From: Escherichia coli
GTDB taxonomy: Bacteria; Pseudomonadota; Gammaproteobacteria; Enterobacterales; Enterobacteriaceae
Reading direction: 5' to 3' (one strand)
Assembly (NCBI RefSeq): GCF_001677475.2
Contig: NZ_CP015229.1
DNA: 64,000 nucleotides
Made by a program: the position numbers and the translations under genes. Under the pieces are notes generated by a model. It searched no databases. It saw only the letters and a program-made list of their open reading frames with translations, and had not been told where the DNA came from. Below are positions 58,042 through 64,000 of the stretch, one piece after another. Each line of letters starts with the position of its first letter. Positions within the stretch are counted from its first letter, which is position 1.

Positions 58042-59337
58042 GTGCTGGAACGGCTGTCGTGGAAAAGGCTGGTGCTGGAGCTGCTACTTTGCTGCCTCCC
58101 GGCTTTCATCCTGGGTGCATTTTTTGGTTACCTGCCCTGGTTTTTGCTGGCATCGGTAACGGGACTGCTTATCTGGCATTTCTGGAATTTATTGCGCCTT
58201 TCATGGTGGCTGTGGGTGGATCGTAGTATGACCCCGCCACCGGGGCGTGGTAGCTGGGAACCGCTGCTATACGGCTTACACCAGATGCAGCTGCGAAATA
58301 AAAAACGCCGCCGTGAACTGGGCAATCTGATTAAACGCTTTCGTAGCGGCGCGGAGTCGCTACCCGACGCGGTGGTGCTGACCACGGAAGAGGGCGGTAT
58401 TTTCTGGTGTAACGGTCTGGCGCAACAGATTCTTGGTTTGCGCTGGCCGGAAGATAACGGGCAGAACATCCTTAACCTGCTGCGTTACCCGGAGTTTACG
58501 CAATATCTGAAAACGCGTGATTTTTCTCGCCCGCTCAATCTGGTGCTCAACACCGGGCGGCATCTGGAAATTCGCGTCATGCCTTATACCCACAAACAGT
58601 TGCTGATGGTGGCGCGTGATGTCACACAAATGCATCAACTGGAAGGGGCGCGGCGTAACTTTTTTGCCAACGTGAGCCATGAGTTACGTACGCCATTGAC
58701 CGTGTTACAGGGTTACCTGGAGATGATGGATGAGCAACCGCTGGAAGGCGCGGTACGTGAAAAAGCGTTGCACACCATGCGCGAGCAGACCCAGCGGATG
58801 GAAGGGCTGGTGAAGCAATTGCTGACGCTGTCGAAAATAGAAGCCGCACCGACGCATTTGCTCAATGAAAAGGTTGATGTGCCGATGATGCTGCGCGTTG
58901 TTGAGCGCGAGGCTCAGACTCTGAGTCAGAAAAAACAGACATTTACCTTTGAGATAGATAACGGCCTCAAGGTGTCTGGCAACGAAGATCAGCTACGCAG
59001 TGCGATTTCGAACCTGGTCTATAACGCCGTGAATCATACACCAGAAGGCACGCATATCACCGTACGCTGGCAGCGAGTGCCGCACGGTGCCGAATTTAGC
59101 GTTGAAGATAACGGACCGGGCATTGCACCGGAGCATATTCCGCGCCTGACCGAACGTTTTTATCGCGTTGATAAAGCGCGTTCCCGGCAAACCGGCGGTA
59201 GCGGATTAGGATTAGCGATCGTGAAACATGCGGTGAATCATCACGAAAGTCGCCTGAATATTGAGAGTACAGTAGGAAAAGGAACACGTTTCAGTTTTGT
59301 TATCCCGGAACGTTTAATTGCCAAAAACAGCGATTAA
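58042..59337 (+). CDS. phoR: phosphate regulon sensor histidine kinase
   Basis: 431-aa ORF with N-terminal TM segments, H-box ([14 protein letters not shown]) and ATPase G-boxes. Confidence 0.96.
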   Translation: MLERLSWKRLVLELLLCCLPAFILGAFFGYLPWFLLASVTGLLIWHFWNLLRLSWWLWVDRSMTPPPGRGSWEPLLYGLHQMQLRNKKRRRELGNLIKRFRSGAESLPDAVVLTTEEGGIFWCNGLAQQILGLRWPEDNGQNILNLLRYPEFTQYLKTRDFSRPLNLVLNTGRHLEIRVMPYTHKQLLMVARDVTQMHQLEGARRNFFANVSHELRTPLTVLQGYLEMMDEQPLEGAVREKALHTMREQTQRMEGLVKQLLTLSKIEAAPTHLLNEKVDVPMMLRVVEREAQTLSQKKQTFTFEIDNGLKVSGNEDQLRSAISNLVYNAVNHTPEGTHITVRWQRVPHGAEFSVEDNGPGIAPEHIPRLTERFYRVDKARSRQTGGSGLGLAIVKHAVNHHESRLNIESTVGKGTRFSFVIPERLIAKNSD

Positions 59338-59363
59338 TCCGCCTTTGTCATCTTTTATTGCCA

Positions 59364-59395
59364 TAAGCCAGCCGATGCTGGCTTATTTTCTTTGC
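59364..59395 (+). terminator. phoBR intrinsic terminator (10-bp perfect stem ataagccagc / gctggcttat, loop cgat, T-rich tail)
   Basis: Perfect palindrome followed by tttctttg, 27 bp after the phoR stop. Confidence 0.85.
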
Positions 59396-59743
59396 AGTCA
59401 AAATACGGGCGTTAGATTTTACAACGGTTGGTGATTTTTTGTTCGCATGATTAGCCATGTCTTTTTCACGGAAATAGTGTTTTATACTGGTTGGTGATTT
59501 CTTATCGCTATATACCTCTGGTTTTTAGATCCCTCCTTGCTTTAAAACGTTATAAGCGTTTAAATTGCGCTTCAGGTGCTGTCATACTGACTGCATTAAC
59601 GCGGTAAATCGAAAAACTATTCTTCGCCGCGCCTGGTTGGGAGTATTTCCCGCTAATATTGTTTAAATATACCGCTGTATCATCCCCAGGGATTGGCACA
59701 AAAATTTAACGTTACAACACCACATCCACAGGCAGTATGATTT

Positions 59744-61063
59744 ATGACCCATCAATTAAGATCGCGCGATATCATCGCTCTGGGCTTTATGACATTTGCG
59801 TTGTTCGTCGGCGCAGGTAACATTATTTTCCCTCCAATGGTCGGCTTGCAGGCAGGCGAACACGTCTGGACTGCGGCATTCGGCTTCCTCATTACTGCCG
59901 TTGGTCTGCCGGTATTAACGGTAGTGGCGCTGGCGAAAGTTGGCGGCGGTGTTGACAGCCTCAGCACGCCAATCGGTAAAGTCGCTGGCGTACTGCTGGC
60001 AACGGTTTGTTACCTGGCGGTGGGGCCCCTTTTCGCTACGCCGCGTACAGCTACCGTTTCTTTTGAAGTGGGGATTGCGCCGCTGACGGGGGATTCCGCG
60101 CTGCCGCTGTTTATCTACAGCCTGGTCTATTTCGCTATCGTTATTCTGGTTTCGCTCTATCCGGGCAAGCTGCTGGATACCGTGGGCAACTTCCTTGCGC
60201 CGCTGAAAATTATCGCGCTGGTCATCCTGTCTGTTGCCGCAATTATCTGGCCGGCGGGTTCTATCAGCACGGCGACTGAGGCTTATCAAAACGCTGCGTT
60301 TTCTAACGGCTTCGTCAACGGCTATCTGACCATGGATACGCTGGGCGCAATGGTGTTTGGTATCGTTATTGTTAACGCGGCGCGTTCTCGTGGCGTTACC
60401 GAAGCGCGTCTGCTGACCCGTTATACCGTCTGGGCTGGCCTGATGGCGGGTGTTGGTCTGACTCTGCTGTACCTGGCGCTGTTCCGTCTGGGGTCAGACA
60501 GCGCGTCGCTGGTCGATCAGTCTGCAAACGGCGCTGCTATTCTGCATGCTTACGTTCAGCACACCTTTGGCGGCGGCGGTAGCTTCCTGCTGGCGGCGTT
60601 AATCTTCATCGCCTGCCTGGTAACGGCAGTTGGCCTGACCTGTGCTTGTGCAGAATTCTTTGCCCAGTACGTACCGCTCTCTTATCGTACGCTGGTGTTT
60701 ATCCTCGGTGGCTTCTCGATGGTGGTGTCTAACCTCGGCTTGAGCCAGCTGATTCAGATCTCCGTACCGGTGCTGACCGCTATTTATCCGCCGTGTATCG
60801 CACTGGTTGTATTAAGTTTTACACGCTCATGGTGGCATAATTCGTCCCGCGTGATTGCTCCGCCGATGTTTATCAGCCTGCTTTTTGGTATTCTCGACGG
60901 GATCAAAGCATCTGCATTCAGCGATATCTTACCGTCCTGGGCGCAGCGTTTACCGCTGGCCGAACAAGGTCTGGCGTGGTTAATGCCAACAGTGGTGATG
61001 GTGGTTCTGGCCATTATCTGGGATCGCGCGGCAGGTCGTCAGGTGACCTCCAGCGCTCACTAA
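59744..61063 (+). CDS. brnQ: branched-chain amino acid transporter (LIVCS family)
   Basis: 439-aa multi-span membrane protein. Confidence 0.95.
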   Translation: MTHQLRSRDIIALGFMTFALFVGAGNIIFPPMVGLQAGEHVWTAAFGFLITAVGLPVLTVVALAKVGGGVDSLSTPIGKVAGVLLATVCYLAVGPLFATPRTATVSFEVGIAPLTGDSALPLFIYSLVYFAIVILVSLYPGKLLDTVGNFLAPLKIIALVILSVAAIIWPAGSISTATEAYQNAAFSNGFVNGYLTMDTLGAMVFGIVIVNAARSRGVTEARLLTRYTVWAGLMAGVGLTLLYLALFRLGSDSASLVDQSANGAAILHAYVQHTFGGGGSFLLAALIFIACLVTAVGLTCACAEFFAQYVPLSYRTLVFILGGFSMVVSNLGLSQLIQISVPVLTAIYPPCIALVVLSFTRSWWHNSSRVIAPPMFISLLFGILDGIKASAFSDILPSWAQRLPLAEQGLAWLMPTVVMVVLAIIWDRAAGRQVTSSAH

Positions 61064-61083
61064 ATCACTGAACATTTGTTTTA

Positions 61084-61116
61084 ACCACGGGGCTGCGATG
61101 CCCCGTGGTTTTTTAT
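61084..61116 (+). terminator. brnQ intrinsic terminator (10-bp perfect GC-rich stem, 6-nt loop, 7-T run)
   Basis: accacggggc tgcgat gccccgtggt followed by ttttttatt. Confidence 0.9.
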
Positions 61117-61138
61117 TGTGTTGATGGGTTAGGAATTG

Positions 61139-62512
61139 ATGGAAAGTAAGAACAAGCTAAAGCGTGGGCTAAGTACCCGCCACATACGCTTTATGGCACT
61201 GGGTTCAGCAATTGGCACCGGGCTGTTTTACGGTTCGGCAGACGCCATCAAAATGGCCGGTCCGAGTGTGTTGTTGGCCTATATTATCGGTGGTATCGCG
61301 GCGTATATCATTATGCGTGCGCTGGGGGAAATGTCGGTACATAACCCGGCCGCCAGCTCTTTCTCGCGTTATGCGCAGGAAAACCTCGGCCCGCTGGCAG
61401 GTTACATTACTGGCTGGACCTATTGCTTTGAAATCCTTATTGTCGCCATCGCCGATGTGACCGCTTTTGGTATCTATATGGGTGTCTGGTTCCCGACGGT
61501 GCCGCACTGGATTTGGGTACTGAGCGTGGTGCTGATCATTTGCGCCGTAAACCTGATGAGCGTGAAGGTATTCGGTGAGCTGGAATTCTGGTTCTCGTTC
61601 TTTAAAGTCGCCACTATCATCATCATGATTGTCGCCGGTTTCGGCATCATCATCTGGGGAATTGGCAACGGCGGGCAACCGACCGGGATTCATAACCTGT
61701 GGAGCAACGGCGGCTTCTTCAGTAACGGCTGGCTTGGGATGGTGATGTCGTTGCAAATGGTGATGTTTGCTTATGGTGGGATCGAAATTATCGGGATTAC
61801 CGCCGGTGAAGCGAAAGATCCTGAGAAATCTATTCCGCGTGCGATTAACTCCGTGCCGATGCGTATACTGGTGTTCTATGTTGGTACGCTGTTCGTCATT
61901 ATGTCTATCTACCCGTGGAATCAGGTTGGCACTGCCGGTAGCCCGTTCGTGCTGACGTTCCAGCATATGGGCATTACCTTTGCTGCCAGCATTCTTAACT
62001 TTGTTGTGCTGACCGCTTCGCTGTCGGCAATTAACAGTGATGTATTTGGCGTAGGCCGTATGCTCCACGGTATGGCAGAGCAGGGCAGCGCGCCGAAAAT
62101 TTTCAGCAAAACGTCGCGTCGCGGTATTCCGTGGGTTACGGTGCTGGTGATGACTACCGCGCTGCTGTTTGCGGTGTATCTGAACTACATCATGCCGGAA
62201 AACGTCTTCCTGGTGATCGCTTCGCTGGCAACCTTCGCCACGGTGTGGGTGTGGATTATGATCCTGCTGTCGCAAATCGCCTTCCGTCGCCGTTTGCCGC
62301 CAGAAGAAGTTAAAGCGCTGAAATTTAAAGTGCCGGGTGGGGTAGCAACGACCATCGGCGGGCTGATTTTCCTGCTCTTTATTATCGGGTTGATTGGTTA
62401 TCACCCGGATACGCGTATCTCGCTGTATGTCGGTTTCGCGTGGATTGTTGTGCTGTTGATTGGCTGGATGTTTAAGCGCCGCCACGATCGTCAGCTGGCT
62501 GAAAACCACTAA
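61139..62512 (+). CDS. proY: proline-specific permease (APC family)
   Basis: Start chosen at [22 protein letters not shown] giving 457 aa. Confidence 0.95.
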   Translation: MESKNKLKRGLSTRHIRFMALGSAIGTGLFYGSADAIKMAGPSVLLAYIIGGIAAYIIMRALGEMSVHNPAASSFSRYAQENLGPLAGYITGWTYCFEILIVAIADVTAFGIYMGVWFPTVPHWIWVLSVVLIICAVNLMSVKVFGELEFWFSFFKVATIIIMIVAGFGIIIWGIGNGGQPTGIHNLWSNGGFFSNGWLGMVMSLQMVMFAYGGIEIIGITAGEAKDPEKSIPRAINSVPMRILVFYVGTLFVIMSIYPWNQVGTAGSPFVLTFQHMGITFAASILNFVVLTASLSAINSDVFGVGRMLHGMAEQGSAPKIFSKTSRRGIPWVTVLVMTTALLFAVYLNYIMPENVFLVIASLATFATVWVWIMILLSQIAFRRRLPPEEVKALKFKVPGGVATTIGGLIFLLFIIGLIGYHPDTRISLYVGFAWIVVLLIGWMFKRRHDRQLAENH

Positions 62513-62670
62513 TCCTTGCGTTCTGTAAGCCGGTTCAGGAGGAAATCCTGATCCGGCTATTCCGAAAGTTATCCGCCCCCGTCCTCCTCCCCCAAATATC
62601 CTTCAGATGATGAGTGATCCTGCATTAGGCTATGGCAAGGTGATCAGATTTTCATCACAGGGGAGTTATG

Positions 62671-64000
62671 ATGTTAAATGCATGGCACCTGCCGGTGCCC
62701 CCATTTGTTAAACAAAGCAAAGATCAACTGCTCATTACGCTGTGGCTGACGGGCGAAGACCCACCGCAGCGCATTATGCTGCGTACAGAACACGACAACG
62801 AAGAAACGTCAGTAGCGATGCATAAGCAGCGCAGTCAGCCGCAGCCTGGCGTTACCGCATGGCGGGCGGCGATCGATCTCTCCAGCGGACTACCTCGGCG
62901 GCGTTATAGTTTCAAATTGCTGTGGCACGATCGCCAGCGTTGGTTTACACCGCAGGGCTTCAGCCGAATGCCGCCAGCACGACTGGAGCAGTTTGCCGTC
63001 GATGTCCCGGATATCGGCCCACAATGGGCTGTGGATCAGATTTTTTATCAGATCTTCCCTGATCGTTTCGCGCGTAGTCTTCCTCGTGAAGCAGAACAGG
63101 ATCATGTCTATTACCATCACGCAGCCGGACAAGAGATCATCTTGCGTGACTGGGATGAACCGGTCACGGCGCAGGCGGGCGGATCAACGTTCTATGGCGG
63201 CGATCTGGACGGTATCAGCGAAAAACTGCCGTATCTGAAAAAGCTCGGCGTGACGGCGCTGTATCTCAATCCGGTGTTTAAAGCTCCCAGCGTACATAAA
63301 TACGATACCGAGGATTATCGCCATGTCGATCCGCAGTTTGGCGGTGATGGGGCGTTGCTGCGCTTACGCCACAATACGCAGCAGCTGGGAATGCGGCTGA
63401 TGCTGGACGGCGTGTTTAACCACAGTGGCGATTCCCATGCCTGGTTTGACAGGCATAATCGTGGCACGGGGGGGGCTTGTCACAACCCCGAATCCCCCTG
63501 GCGCGACTGGTACTCGTTTAGTGACGATGGCACGGCGCTTGACTGGCTGGGCTATGCCAGCTTGCCGAAGCTGGATTATCAGTCGGAAAGTCTGGTGAAT
63601 GAAATTTATCGCGGGGAAGACAGTATTGTCCGCCACTGGCTGAAAGCGCCGTGGAATATGGACGGCTGGCGGCTGGATGTGGTGCATATGCTGGGAGAAG
63701 CGGGTGGCGCGCGCAATAATTTGCAGCACGTTGCTGGGATCACCGAAGCGGCGAAAGAAACCCAGCCGGAAGCGTATATAGTTGGAGAGCATTTTGGCGA
63801 TGCACGGCAATGGTTACAGGCCGATGTGGAAGATGCCGCCATGAACTATCGCGGCTTCACATTCCCGTTGTGGGGATTTCTTGCCAATACCGACATCTCT
63901 TATGATCCGCAGCAAATTGACGCCCAAACCTGTATGGCCTGGATGGATAATTACCGCGCAGGGCTTTCTCATCAACAGCAATTACGTATGTTTAATCAGC
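62671..64000 (+). CDS. malZ: maltodextrin glucosidase, 5' portion (continues beyond window)
   Basis: Frame opening [33 protein letters not shown] with RBS (caggggagttATGATG) is open to the end of the window; GH13 motifs ([16 protein letters not shown]). Confidence 0.93.
   Translation, partial: MLNAWHLPVPPFVKQSKDQLLITLWLTGEDPPQRIMLRTEHDNEETSVAMHKQRSQPQPGVTAWRAAIDLSSGLPRRRYSFKLLWHDRQRWFTPQGFSRMPPARLEQFAVDVPDIGPQWAVDQIFYQIFPDRFARSLPREAEQDHVYYHHAAGQEIILRDWDEPVTAQAGGSTFYGGDLDGISEKLPYLKKLGVTALYLNPVFKAPSVHKYDTEDYRHVDPQFGGDGALLRLRHNTQQLGMRLMLDGVFNHSGDSHAWFDRHNRGTGGACHNPESPWRDWYSFSDDGTALDWLGYASLPKLDYQSESLVNEIYRGEDSIVRHWLKAPWNMDGWRLDVVHMLGEAGGARNNLQHVAGITEAAKETQPEAYIVGEHFGDARQWLQADVEDAAMNYRGFTFPLWGFLANTDISYDPQQIDAQTCMAWMDNYRAGLSHQQQLRMFNQ

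Noticed and set aside
61205-62509. 434-aa minus-strand ORF spanning all of proY
   Set aside because: Exactly antisense to a recognisable APC-family permease; the translation is H/R/Q-rich with no membrane or domain features.

Overview
This window is a contiguous stretch of Escherichia coli core chromosome running from the 3' part of codA to the 5' part of malZ. I see no convincing novel or undescribed system; the gene content and order are those of the well-studied lac region. In order it carries: cynR and cynTSX, lacAYZ and lacI (with the complete lac control region), mhpR and mhpABCDFE-mhpT, yaiL, frmRAB, a yaiS-yaiP-yaiX-yaiO operon, tauABCD, hemB, a large autotransporter (yaiT family), yaiV, ampH, sbmA-yaiW, yaiY, yaiZ, ddlA, iraP, phoA-psiF, a diguanylate cyclase (dgcC/adrA), proC, yaiI, aroL-yaiA-aroM, ppnP, rdgC, mak, araJ, sbcDC, phoBR, brnQ, proY and the start of malZ. 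Gene identities rest on recognising the translated ORFs as known E. coli proteins; starts were trimmed from the longest ORF to the known N-termini where I recognised them. Several proteins and the lac promoter differ at a few positions from the K-12 sequence as I remember it, so this looks like a non-K-12 lineage. I found no tRNA, rRNA, CRISPR array, IS element, integrase or prophage gene. The most notable points are that yaiX and the yaiT autotransporter are intact single reading frames (both are IS-disrupted pseudogenes in K-12 MG1655), and that yaiS-yaiP-yaiX-yaiO has the composition of a small, uncharacterised surface-glycan module. Other features are REP/BIME repeats, Pho boxes, TyrR/TrpR boxes, the FrmR and MhpR operator palindromes, and several intrinsic terminators.
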